A stretch of 62,721 nt of DNA, counting the filler, from Sanchytrium tribonematis (Eukaryota): NCBI GenBank assembly GCA_018985235.1. It is 11 parts of 11 records of this genome, joined end to end, with 100 filler letters (N's around TTAATTAATTAA, not from the genome) between each part and the next. Parts side by side here need not be neighbours in the genome. Positions count along the whole stretch, not along the records: positions 39,174 to 43,027 come from JADGIG010000792.1; positions 43,128 to 46,973 come from JADGIG010000793.1; positions 47,074 to 50,916 come from JADGIG010000794.1; 8 more parts are not named here. One strand, 5' to 3'. A program made the translations under genes and the position numbers. The stretch's first letter is position 1; each line of letters starts with the position of its first letter. Below, one piece after another: positions 39,496 through 49,139 of this stretch. The notes under the pieces were generated by a model. It saw nothing but the letters and a program-made list of their open reading frames with translations, was not told where the DNA came from and searched no databases.

Positions 39496-40608
39496 ATGAT
39501 TCTAAATACTATTCTGTTTTCAAAAGTCATGTTTATTCCTACATACGGCAATTCCTCAGATTCAAAAGCCAATATTAGGTTTTATGGATTAAATTACGAC
39601 AAAGTAGACAGTAAAACTAGTGGTGTGGCAACTGACTATCTCAATGATGCCGCCATGAAATTACTTCAATCTAAAGCTGAGACTGATGAGGAAAAGGCCA
39701 ACTTAACTAGAAACATTGAGCCCTTCTTGTATTGGAATTACAAGAAAAACACTGAAGTATTTATTGACTATAAAGGTAAAAATATTACTGTCAAGTCTGA
39801 AAACGATGGCAGATTTGACTCCTTTCAAGAAGTTGATTTTTCAGGATATGGTAAAATAGAATATTCAGCTGCTGGTGAAAGTGAAAAAGGCAATGCTTCA
39901 GTTATACAAGAGTCAGGATACGGTATCATTGCAGACATCGATGACGTGTTGAGAGTGACTGAGATTTGGCACCCCGAAACAGGAATTGTGAATACTTTCA
40001 TCAAGCCATATGTAGTTGTTGACGGAATGCCTGAATTGTTTAAAAATGTATTTGAAAAACTGCCAAATGTTTCTTATCACTACGCAACAACTACTCCCAT
40101 TCCACTTAGTATGCCTTATATTGCATGGCTTGAATGGAAATATCCATACGGTAGTTTAGACATGAGACCCATGGACATTAGTGATCCAGGGGCTATTGTA
40201 GGAGCTAGGAGTGATCAACTGGAAAGGCTATTTGCGACATTTAGAGGCAGAAAATTCGTAATGGTGGGAGATTCAAGTTCAGATACTCTCATAAAAGCCT
40301 ACCCTGAAATTAGTAAGAAGTACCCTGACCAGCTAGGTTGCATATTTATCAGAAACATCACGGCAAGTTATCCCGACTTTAGCAATATTAGAGTAAACAT
40401 TCAAGAGAAATTTGATGGTGTTCCTAATGAAAAATGGTTTGTGTTTGATCACCCTGATGATTTGAAGGACATCAACATTACCTCTGGTAATTGTCATCCA
40501 CCTGGAAAAGAGAATCAACAAACGCAAAGCGGTGGATTTGGTGGTGTTCGTGGATCATCTTCGATTCTTCAGAGTAGTTTATGGCTCTTATTATTTTACT
40601 CTATTTAA
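39496..40608 (+). CDS. App1-like (HAD-type phosphatidate phosphatase domain) protein, possibly secreted or GPI-anchored
   Basis: GIIADIDDV, V.GMPEL, YPYGSL, FRGRKFVMVGDS, IFIR; hydrophobic C-terminal tail after a G/S spacer. Confidence 0.75.
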   Translation: MILNTILFSKVMFIPTYGNSSDSKANIRFYGLNYDKVDSKTSGVATDYLNDAAMKLLQSKAETDEEKANLTRNIEPFLYWNYKKNTEVFIDYKGKNITVKSENDGRFDSFQEVDFSGYGKIEYSAAGESEKGNASVIQESGYGIIADIDDVLRVTEIWHPETGIVNTFIKPYVVVDGMPELFKNVFEKLPNVSYHYATTTPIPLSMPYIAWLEWKYPYGSLDMRPMDISDPGAIVGARSDQLERLFATFRGRKFVMVGDSSSDTLIKAYPEISKKYPDQLGCIFIRNITASYPDFSNIRVNIQEKFDGVPNEKWFVFDHPDDLKDINITSGNCHPPGKENQQTQSGGFGGVRGSSSILQSSLWLLLFYSI

Positions 40609-40722
40609 TAAATAAAGATTTATTAGAATGAATAATTTCAAGCATGAATGATAAAGAACACCTTGAACAAGATTTTGACTTGTATCATTTCGTCATAAAT
40701 TAATTTATTGACATGTCATTGT

Positions 40723-40899
40723 CTATACTAACCCGTAAAGTGAGTCTATCCTCTTGTTTCCTTGGGCTATAAATCGATTTTCTTTGCCTATGACGACACC
40801 TGATCGCGAATATTCTTCTTGCAGACATTTAATAGAGCAAAATATACCTTTGCTTGTTTTAATTTCACAGTTCATGCACCAACTTCCAAATATTTCCAT
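40723..40899 (-). CDS. Ecl1-like small zinc-binding protein
   Basis: F..WCMNC......FCSIKC..E pattern of the Ecl1/2/3 family; start at MEIF. Confidence 0.6.
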   Translation of the reverse strand: MEIFGSWCMNCEIKTSKGIFCSIKCLQEEYSRSGVVIGKENRFIAQGNKRIDSLYGLV

Positions 40900-41131
40900 T
40901 TCAAGACCAGGGACTAGTCTACTTTTAAAGACCCGCATTGACTGGGAAATGCTCAGGGAAAAATTCTGGAACAAATCAGATGGCTTGTTACGTCAAAATT
41001 ACAATGGATATCCTAAGCCGTTTTTTGATGACTTGGCATCAGTGGCGATATAATAAAGCAAAATTTGTAATTAATAATTTCCAATAATTGTGAGTTGGAC
41101 ATGGCGTTCAAATTAGAGTCCCTTGCAACAA

Positions 41132-42580
41132 ATGTTTGATTGTATTGTTATAGGTGCTGGTAGCGGTGGGCTTGCTGCTTCAAGACGAATTGCATCTTAT
41201 GGAAAGAAGGTGGCGGTGATCGAAAAATATAGACCTGGTGGAACTTGCGTAATTCGTGGTTGCGTGCCTAAAAAAATGACATATAATTTGGCAAATCTTG
41301 TAGATAATTTCCATCATCATTTCCCAAGATATAGTATCAATTCTTCTTTAAATTCTGTCAATTATTCTAATTTTAAGAATCATAGAGACGAATACATCAA
41401 CAAATTAGAAAATATTTACAGAAACAATTTGAGAAAAGATGGAGTAGAATTAATTGAAGGTCTTGCCCTATTTCATGATCAATCGATTTCCAATGAACAA
41501 TTTTCGATTAAGGTCATTGCTAATAATCAAGAACAGGAATTAAAGGCCAAAAAAATTATCATTGCTTGCGGTACCAAACCCCATCTGCCCGAAATCACCG
41601 GTTCTGACCTCGGAATAACTAGCGACGAATTTTTTTTGATGTCCTACATCCCAAAAAATATTGTAATCGTTGGTGGTGGCTATATTGCAGTAGAAATTGC
41701 TGGTATGTTAAACTCTCTTGGTTCAAATGTAACTTTAATTGTAAGAAGCACTATTTTGAGAAGTTTTGATGAAATGATTCAACAGCAGGTCGCCAAAAAT
41801 ATTTCAAAATCGGGCATCAAAATAGTGCATGGCACAGTGGAGGAAATTCGAGGCTCTCTTCAAAAACCTAGAACTTTTGAGAAGGGAAATAATTTAAGTG
41901 TTAAATTTAGTAATTCTTCGACCGTTGAAAATGTCGATGAGGTTCTCTTTGCGATTGGTAGAGTACCTGATACTGAGAAATTAGGACTAAATTATTTAAA
42001 AGAATTGAATTTAGAGGACGGGTTTGTACAAACGAATGAACTTCAAGAAACCAACATACCAGGAATATTTGCCATAGGAGATATCACAGGACATGATATG
42101 CTAACACCTGTTGCAATCAAAGCAGGGAGGACTTTGGGTGATCGTATTTTCGGCGGTAAGAATACTAAAGTTGATTATTCAATGGTTCCATCCGTTGTAT
42201 TTTCTCATCCGCCGGTTGGGTCTTGCGGCTTATCCGAATCCGAAGCGGTTGAAAAATATGGCAAAGATAATGTGTCTTGTTACGTGAGCACTTTCGTGAA
42301 TTTATTTGATTCGCCTTACAATCATTTGCCCATTCCAGAAGCCATGGGGTATCAAGGCAACCTAGAGAAACAATTCACCAAGTACAAACTTGTCTGCAAG
42401 GGCGCAACTGAACAAGTCGTCGGTCTGCATATGGTTGGAGAAGCTAGTGACGAAATATTACAAGGGTTTGCCGTTGCCATGAGAATGGGTGCAACAAAGC
42501 AAGATTTTGATGATACTATTGCGATCCATCCAACTGCTGCTGAAGAATTAGTGACAATGCCGCTGAAAGCCAAAATATAA
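41132..42580 (+). CDS. GLR1: Glutathione reductase
   Basis: IGAGSGG, GGTCVIRGCVPKK, GGGYIAVE, LTPVAI, PSVVFSHP, IAIHPTAAEELVT. Confidence 0.96.
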   Translation: MFDCIVIGAGSGGLAASRRIASYGKKVAVIEKYRPGGTCVIRGCVPKKMTYNLANLVDNFHHHFPRYSINSSLNSVNYSNFKNHRDEYINKLENIYRNNLRKDGVELIEGLALFHDQSISNEQFSIKVIANNQEQELKAKKIIIACGTKPHLPEITGSDLGITSDEFFLMSYIPKNIVIVGGGYIAVEIAGMLNSLGSNVTLIVRSTILRSFDEMIQQQVAKNISKSGIKIVHGTVEEIRGSLQKPRTFEKGNNLSVKFSNSSTVENVDEVLFAIGRVPDTEKLGLNYLKELNLEDGFVQTNELQETNIPGIFAIGDITGHDMLTPVAIKAGRTLGDRIFGGKNTKVDYSMVPSVVFSHPPVGSCGLSESEAVEKYGKDNVSCYVSTFVNLFDSPYNHLPIPEAMGYQGNLEKQFTKYKLVCKGATEQVVGLHMVGEASDEILQGFAVAMRMGATKQDFDDTIAIHPTAAEELVTMPLKAKI

Positions 42581-42599
42581 TAAAATTTTTGAATATTAT

Positions 42600-42767
42600 T
42601 TATTGTTCTTTAGGAAAATATCTGTTACCTATTACAGGAAGTTTGCTCAAAATATCTCTTTGAAAAATTGGAATTCTTTCAGCAAAGTAAAATACACCTA
42701 ATCCAGCAGCTGCCCCCCAAATACCCAAAGTTGGTCCCCAGCGAGAAACAAACGTACGCACAGCCAT
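42600..42767 (-). CDS. QCR10: Cytochrome bc1 complex subunit 10 (55 aa; below the ORF-track cutoff)
   Basis: MAVRTFVSRWGPTLGIWGAAAGLGVFYFAERIPIFQRDILSKLPVIGNRYFPKEQ*. Confidence 0.85.
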   Translation of the reverse strand: MAVRTFVSRWGPTLGIWGAAAGLGVFYFAERIPIFQRDILSKLPVIGNRYFPKEQ

Positions 42768-43027
42768 GTTTCAAAATAGTTATCCCAGTGAATAAATTTC
42801 AAAATTTGTCCACAGATGAATGTAATAAAATCAAAAATGCAAATAGGATCTGGAATCTGTTATCAGACAAGATTTGTTAATTGATTGGGAACATCAGACC
42901 CAAGGCCTATTATGTTGTACTTAATTAGAGCTTTCCCGCTGTTGAAAGAAATCAATGGGCGGCAGATCACCAAATAGCAATAAGATTAAGCCCACGATGA
43001 CGGTTTACAATGGAATTGCATTAGTTG

Positions 43028-43127
43028 NNNNNNNNNNNNNNNNNNNNNNNNNNNNNNNNNNNNNNNNNNNNTTAATTAATTAANNNNNNNNNNNNNNNNN
43101 NNNNNNNNNNNNNNNNNNNNNNNNNNN
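43028..43127. other. Artificial contig linker
   Basis: N44-TTAATTAATTAA-N44. Confidence 0.98.
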
Positions 43128-43818
43128 CCAATTGCTGGCAGAGATATCACTCAATTTATCCAACAATGTTTAAGAGATCGAAATGAGCCTATTCCCCCTG
43201 AGGATTCTTTATTATTAAGTCAAAGAATCAAGGAATTATACAGTTACACGTGTCCTGATGTCGTGAAAGAATTCAAGAAATTTGAGCAAGAACCAGATAA
43301 ATATATCAAACAACACACGGATTATCATTCTATTACTAAAAAGGAGTATACTGTAGATGTAGGATATGAGAGATTTATGGGTCCTGAAGTCTTTTTTAGT
43401 CCAGAAATATGTAATCCTGATTTTACCACCAGTTTGCCTGATTCTGTAGATCATTCAATTCAGTCATGCCCTATAGATGTGAGAAGAGGATTATACAAGA
43501 ATATCGTGTTGAGTGGTGGATCTACCATGTATAAAGATTTTGGAAGAAGATTGCAGCGAGATATCAAGAGAACTGTAGAAGATCGATTATTATATGCAGA
43601 ACAAAGTCATTTTTATTAATTTAGTGAGTAAAACAAAGCCAACACCCATTGATGTGAATGTGGTAACGCATAAGAAGCAGAGATATGCAGTGTGGTTTGG
43701 AGGCAGTTTATTAGCAAGTACGCCTGAATTTTTACAATATTGTCATACTAAAAAGGATTATGAGGAATATGGACCAGGCATTGTCAGACATTCGCGTGTC
43801 TTTGGAAATATGGGGTGA
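43128..43818 (+). CDS. ARP3: Actin-related protein 3, 3' part; join(<43128..43605, 43625..43818)
   Basis: [63 protein letters not shown]. Confidence 0.95.
43606..43624 (+). other. 19-nt spliceosomal intron in ARP3
   Basis: GTCATTTTTATTAATTTAG; removal gives [17 protein letters not shown] and joins the two ORF-track frames. Confidence 0.82.
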
Positions 43819-44083
43819 ATAAATGGAATGAAATTAAAATTAAATTATTTGTAAAGAAAAGAAGAAGAACAAGGTGAATTCATCTTCCATGTTTGATTAA
43901 AATAAGCATTTTGAAAAGATTTTTCCATTTTCAATGATCACGTGTATTTGATGTCACAAACATCACATGGGTGATCTGTTGATTGCACATGTTGCAATGA
44001 AGGAGTAAGATAAGAGCGATTAAGTCGTACTTTGCACTATTTTTAACAATCCCGATTGCAAACAGAATCCCCAACGTGTCAAA

Positions 44084-44617
44084 ATGATGCTCTGGTTATT
44101 TCTATTTGCAATGCCACCACTTAAATTAAATCCTGAATCGCTTGCACCTACTGTCATTGCGAGTGCAGTTGAGGTGGTTGACTCAAATGTCTCGTCAATA
44201 GCGAGTATCAACATGAAATTGAAAATTGAAATGAAATTTCGTCGTGCTTGTGAGCATAAATATGTAGAATTATATGTGGATCAAAATGAATGGTTCATTA
44301 AAACGAATTTATGGATTAAATCATATGATTCGACTGCATCAAAAAAAATACTACTCAGTGAAATCTCTGATTATATTGAAACAAAATATCAAGAATGCTA
44401 TAAAGATATCGTGAATATGTTTAAAACTGATATCATTTTCAAAATTATGGAGAAAGGAGAGAATTGCTTTGCAGATACAAAGTTGATTACACTTAGGTCT
44501 AACAGTGTTTATCCAAAATATATTCAAACTGATGTTTCTGTCAAGTTGGATGAAAGATTCGAGAAATTAAAGGTTATCAGAAGTTGCAAACTTGTAGAAG
44601 AACGTAAAACGAAATAA
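44084..44617 (+). CDS. Hypothetical protein
   Basis: 177-aa ORF ending in AAATAAA; true start may be MPPLK at 44111. Confidence 0.5.
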   Translation: MMLWLFLFAMPPLKLNPESLAPTVIASAVEVVDSNVSSIASINMKLKIEMKFRRACEHKYVELYVDQNEWFIKTNLWIKSYDSTASKKILLSEISDYIETKYQECYKDIVNMFKTDIIFKIMEKGENCFADTKLITLRSNSVYPKYIQTDVSVKLDERFEKLKVIRSCKLVEERKTK

Positions 44618-44804
44618 ATAGAGATCATCAGCAGTAAATTCATGATTTGTGCCATTTTTAATTAATAAGTTGTCATTCATTGGCTCATTCTGACTTTGTA
44701 TGCCTTGAAATTGCCAAAATTAAAACGGTCAAACAAATTCATTTCATTTGATTGGCCAATATTAAATCTCATTTGAATTTAAATTAAAAAATGCCATTCT
44801 CATC

Positions 44805-45896
44805 ATGTTGTATCCTCTAATCCATGCCATTGATTTCGGTAGTTTAACGGACAATTTACTAACAGCACAAGATCAAAAGAATTTATTACAATGGACCAAT
44901 GGATTACGACAACAAATCGGTGTTTCTTCAGTCCCATGGATGTTAGAAATTGAAAAAGCACAATTGCAATGTTCTAAATCAGGCATTCTACAGAATTGTG
45001 ACCAATATGTGGGGGTTTATGGCAATAATGATGAATATACAGGCACCATTATCAAACCCGATCAAATTGTTAGAATCAAAAATTTATTCTTTGGAATGGC
45101 CAATGGATTATGTCGCAATACGCAAACAAAGTCATTTCAAGCACTTATTCATCCAAATACGAAGGGGATTTCATTTTTTGTGCTTCCAGATGGTAGTTAT
45201 GTTTTTAGTGCTTTATTAAATGGACCCGCCACTGTACAGAATGTCAATGCGCCTGGTGATCCAAATACATATTGTAGTGGAGATGGTATTAATAGAGAAG
45301 TGTGGTTGGGCAAATATGGAAATGGCGCAGTACCTTCTTTGGATGTCTCTATTCCTCAGAAATCCACAACCACGCCATCTACACCCACGACACCAGTACC
45401 CACACCTAGTACATCAGTACCTACACCCTCAGTACCTACACCCAGTTCAATGCCATCTGCAACACCCAGTGTGACACCCTCTCCAACCCAAATACCAATT
45501 TCATTTCCCACGCCATCTCCCACTCAATCTTCTGATAAATTCAACCAACAATCTACGCCACACACATCAGAATCCTATTCCACCTCGCTAATCATTGGCA
45601 TCAGTGCAGCATCACTCATATTTTCAAGTTTCATGTTATATTTATTTTATAGATGGATTAAATCACGCAATCAGAAATCAATGTATTCCATCAAAGCATA
45701 TGATGAATATCCAAGAACATTTAGTACATTGCATAATATGGGACAGACACCTCAAGACATGTATAAAGCATCTACAAATTATTGGGGGAGTATGATTCCG
45801 CCGTCTTTATGTCAGCCAGTGTCATTAATCAGTACGAATACGACTATACAAGAGAATGAATCAGCTGTATTTCAAAGTGAAGTCTTTCACTTTTAG
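44805..45896 (+). CDS. Type I membrane protein: divergent CAP/SCP-like ectodomain, P/S/T stalk, TM helix, cytoplasmic tail
   Basis: LL.WTNGLRQQIG...VPW..EIEKAQ resembles the CAP N-terminus; LIIGISAASLIFSSFMLYLFY TM followed by RWIKSR. Confidence 0.7.
   Translation: MLYPLIHAIDFGSLTDNLLTAQDQKNLLQWTNGLRQQIGVSSVPWMLEIEKAQLQCSKSGILQNCDQYVGVYGNNDEYTGTIIKPDQIVRIKNLFFGMANGLCRNTQTKSFQALIHPNTKGISFFVLPDGSYVFSALLNGPATVQNVNAPGDPNTYCSGDGINREVWLGKYGNGAVPSLDVSIPQKSTTTPSTPTTPVPTPSTSVPTPSVPTPSSMPSATPSVTPSPTQIPISFPTPSPTQSSDKFNQQSTPHTSESYSTSLIIGISAASLIFSSFMLYLFYRWIKSRNQKSMYSIKAYDEYPRTFSTLHNMGQTPQDMYKASTNYWGSMIPPSLCQPVSLISTNTTIQENESAVFQSEVFHF
45368..45530 (+). repeat. Imperfect tandem repeats encoding a (V)PTPS mucin-like stalk
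   Basis: cagtacc(c/t)acacc at about 45394, 45415 and 45430. Confidence 0.7.
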
Positions 45897-46004
45897 TAAA
45901 TAATGAGATATTTCAGTCGCAAATTAATGAATTGATTTAATCGAGCACGGGATGAGTCATTGAACATCTTTGTAGTCTATTAATGAATACAGGGTGTAGA
46001 TACC

Positions 46005-46973
46005 ATGCGTATCTCTAATAGATCTCTAATGTTTCTGACTGCCCCTGGTCAAACAAAACTCGGGATGTCACACGAATTTTTACCAACGACATTTGTTCAA
46101 CCGACATTCTGTGATAGCTGTCATAAATTTATATGGGGATTAACAAAGCAGGGCAATGAATGCAAATCATGTCATTTAAAAACACATTTTAATTGCAATT
46201 CGGATTTGTTGCCATGTTTAGAAAAAGTGACGAAACCATTGAATATGATGACGACGACAAAGAATATGCACAAGTTTCTGAATCGGGTGTCATTTTTGAG
46301 ACAGACTGAGCGTGTAGTTTTGAATGTGTTGCTTTGGAGTGATCCATTGATTTCTTTGTTGGTGCTGATTGCGCTAACACTCGCTTGTTTATTTCCAATA
46401 TTAGCATTTTTAATGCCCCATTTGACTATTATCATGCTATGTGTGATGAGTCATCCTTCTATTTCTGGTAAACCTGGTGAAATACAACAAATTAAAGCAT
46501 CTCCTCAAGAATACAAATTAAATCTACAGCATATTCAGAATCTCATGGGAACTGTGAGTGAGGGTGTCGATGAAGCCTATTTACAATATCAAGTGCATTT
46601 ATCATGGAGAAATGAGCAAAGAACCATGAAAATATTACAATTTGCTATTGCTTTATTGCCTATTTCTATCATGGCGTATTTGACAATTCCAATGAAATAC
46701 ATGATATTATCTGCAATATGGATTGTATTTATGACCAATGCACCCATTTATGAAGAATTGCATAAATATTTGCCACTTTTACAGCAATTATTGAGTTCTC
46801 AAGTTCCTCCAAATACAGTCATTCCAGGTACATTGCGTAAAAAAGCGAGTGAGTATAGTCAATCTGCAATCAATGATACACCATCTACGAGTAGCACACC
46901 CACATCAGCCAATGGTATTTCTGGGAATCCTCAAAATACACCAATCACCAGATCACTCACTATATTTGAGAAT
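46005..46973 (+). CDS. C1-domain plus Pex24p/Pex30-like reticulon-homology membrane protein, truncated at the start of a probable dysferlin domain
   Basis: HEF...FVQPTFCDSCHKFIWGLTKQGNECKSCHLKTHFNC; LLW.DP..SL; NLQHIQNLMG; ends TIFEN. Confidence 0.75.
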
Positions 46974-47073
46974 NNNNNNNNNNNNNNNNNNNNNNNNNNN
47001 NNNNNNNNNNNNNNNNNTTAATTAATTAANNNNNNNNNNNNNNNNNNNNNNNNNNNNNNNNNNNNNNNNNNNN
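46974..47073. other. Artificial contig linker
   Basis: N44-TTAATTAATTAA-N44. Confidence 0.98.
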
Positions 47074-48232
47074 TGTATATTTTTAGCATAAAAGCCTTGA
47101 CTAGGTGATATAAAGGTGGTCTCGTATCTGTTTCCTGATTCATTTGAATTTTTATATCTGGAGGTGGGACAGAAAATAACTCAACAAGCATATCAGCCAT
47201 TACAGATGCTGATTGAGCAGCTTGCTCTGGTGTGGTCTTCTCAATCCAATTTACAAGCCAGTCATTTGGCAACTCATTATCGCTAAATGCCATTTGAATT
47301 TCATTATTGATGTCTTGCATAAGATATTCAAACTCGGCATTTTTATCAACAGCTCCCATTAGAGAGGCAGTCATCACTCTCGTAAGTTTTGCAACTTGAT
47401 TTTTGTAGTGGTCTCTAGATTTTGTACTAGTTGCAATTTCAGATTCGAGAGCAGCCAATCTATTTCTAAGAGGATCCACTTTTGATATCGTGATAGATTC
47501 AGAAAGCTGCTTTTTTAATTGTATGGCCAATTGAGGAACGATTTGATTTGTTAATTCGATGGTTTTTTTGGTGTCGTTCATAATTAATGATCCAATTTTA
47601 TCAAACACATCTTGCAATAAGTCTGCAACATTTTCCTGCTTGGTTTCTACCCTATCTTTCAAGATGTCTTGAATATCTATGATCCTACGCACTAAAGAAG
47701 TGTTGTCGATTTTGGTTGACAATCTATTTTCCGTTTCTTTGAGTAGAGACTCAATATTAGCCGTATCTTCGATTTTCTCATCACTACTTTTGTATAAACT
47801 TAACTGAACGTCTAAGTCCTTGGATGAAATGTTTCCAAAATGACTCTTAATAACTTGCATAAAGGGTTGGGCATCAGCCAAACGCTTTTGAATTTTCTGA
47901 AGTTCCATTTGAAAGTCGTGTATTTCCATGGCATGTTGGTTCGATAAATTCAATAGGTCATTTAATTCATTTTTGTCATAACTTTTAGGTGAATCTTCTA
48001 GGTCTTCTTCGTCCTTGATTTTGTAGAGACTGGGTATCGTATTTTTTGGTTTTGATTCCAAACTTTTATCGGGTTTCTTTGAGATTTCCATTTTTTGAAC
48101 CGACTTTTCCAATTTTTGCAAAACTTGCTCACGAACAGATGTCATATCTTCTATACTTATCGTAGAAGATGTTTCTTGCTTCCTTTCTCGATAGTCTTGA
48201 TTTAATTTTTTCAAAATCTCTTGCTTGGACAT
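47074..48232 (-). CDS. Hypothetical coiled-coil protein, 3'-truncated
   Basis: Long open frame from ATG 48232 to the contig end. Confidence 0.7.
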
Positions 48233-48271
48233 TTTTGTTTGTAATAGATCGCGGGGAAATTTTCAAGGCAA

Positions 48272-49138
48272 ATGACTGCAGCCACTGTCGGATTTATTGG
48301 GCTAGGCGCAATGGGATTAAGAATGAGTAAGAACCTCTCAAAAAAGTACAAGGTTATAGGCTATGATATTTCCAAGAAAGAAGGAATCTTAATGGCAAAA
48401 TCAATACCAGATTTATTTGAAAAAAGCGAAGTTATTATAACAATGCTACCTACGGCAGAGCACGTTAACAAGGTCTCAATAGAAGCAAAGAATCTTATCA
48501 AATCAAAGCTATGGATAGATTCTTCTACCGTTGATCCTATAAACTCTAAAAAATGGCACAAGCTTGTCGAATCCTTGGGAGGAAAATCGTTAGACGCGCC
48601 AGTATCTGGAGGAGTCGGAGGTGCGGAAGCCGCGTCTCTCACTTTTATGGTTGGTGGTAAAGCTGAGATATTGGAATCACTCGCCAAGCCGATTTTATTT
48701 ACAATGGGGAAAAACATTATGCATTGTGGAGAAGCAGGTCTAGGATCTGTCGCAAAGGTGTGCAATAACATGCTTTTGGGTACGACAATGGTTGCTGTTA
48801 GTGAGACTCTGCTACTGGGCAAAAAATTAGGTATGGATGCAAAAATGTTGACTAAAATCATTAACACTAGCTCTGGTCGATGTTGGTCGACTGACACTTA
48901 TAATCCGGTTCCCGGTGTGATGGAGAAAGTTCCCGCTTCTAATAACTACAAGCCTGGATTTGCTGTGGCGTTATGCAATAAAGACATGAAACTTGCGGTC
49001 GACTCGGCAAAGGGCTCCAATAGTCCAATATTTCTCTCTTCAGTTGCTCAGCAAATCTATACACACATGCAAAATAGTAAAGAGTTCGGAGAAAAGGATT
49101 TTAGTGCGATTTATTCTTGGTTAGAAAATAAACATTAA
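48272..49138 (+). CDS. HIBADH: 3-hydroxyisobutyrate dehydrogenase
   Basis: GFIGLGAMG, DAPVSGG, LTFMVGG, AKVCNNML, SSGRCWS.DTYNPVPG. Confidence 0.96.
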   Translation: MTAATVGFIGLGAMGLRMSKNLSKKYKVIGYDISKKEGILMAKSIPDLFEKSEVIITMLPTAEHVNKVSIEAKNLIKSKLWIDSSTVDPINSKKWHKLVESLGGKSLDAPVSGGVGGAEAASLTFMVGGKAEILESLAKPILFTMGKNIMHCGEAGLGSVAKVCNNMLLGTTMVAVSETLLLGKKLGMDAKMLTKIINTSSGRCWSTDTYNPVPGVMEKVPASNNYKPGFAVALCNKDMKLAVDSAKGSNSPIFLSSVAQQIYTHMQNSKEFGEKDFSAIYSWLENKH

Positions 49139-49139
49139 T

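Noticed and set aside
41090..41116. Possible 27-nt GTGAGT..TAG intron, or uORF at 41101, upstream of GLR1
   Set aside because: Not needed for the reading frame and cannot be supported without cDNA
42800..43027. Fragments resembling coding sequence (LYLIRAFPLLKEINGRQIT, LRR-cap-like) at the contig end
   Set aside because: Interrupted by stops; no consistent exon structure found
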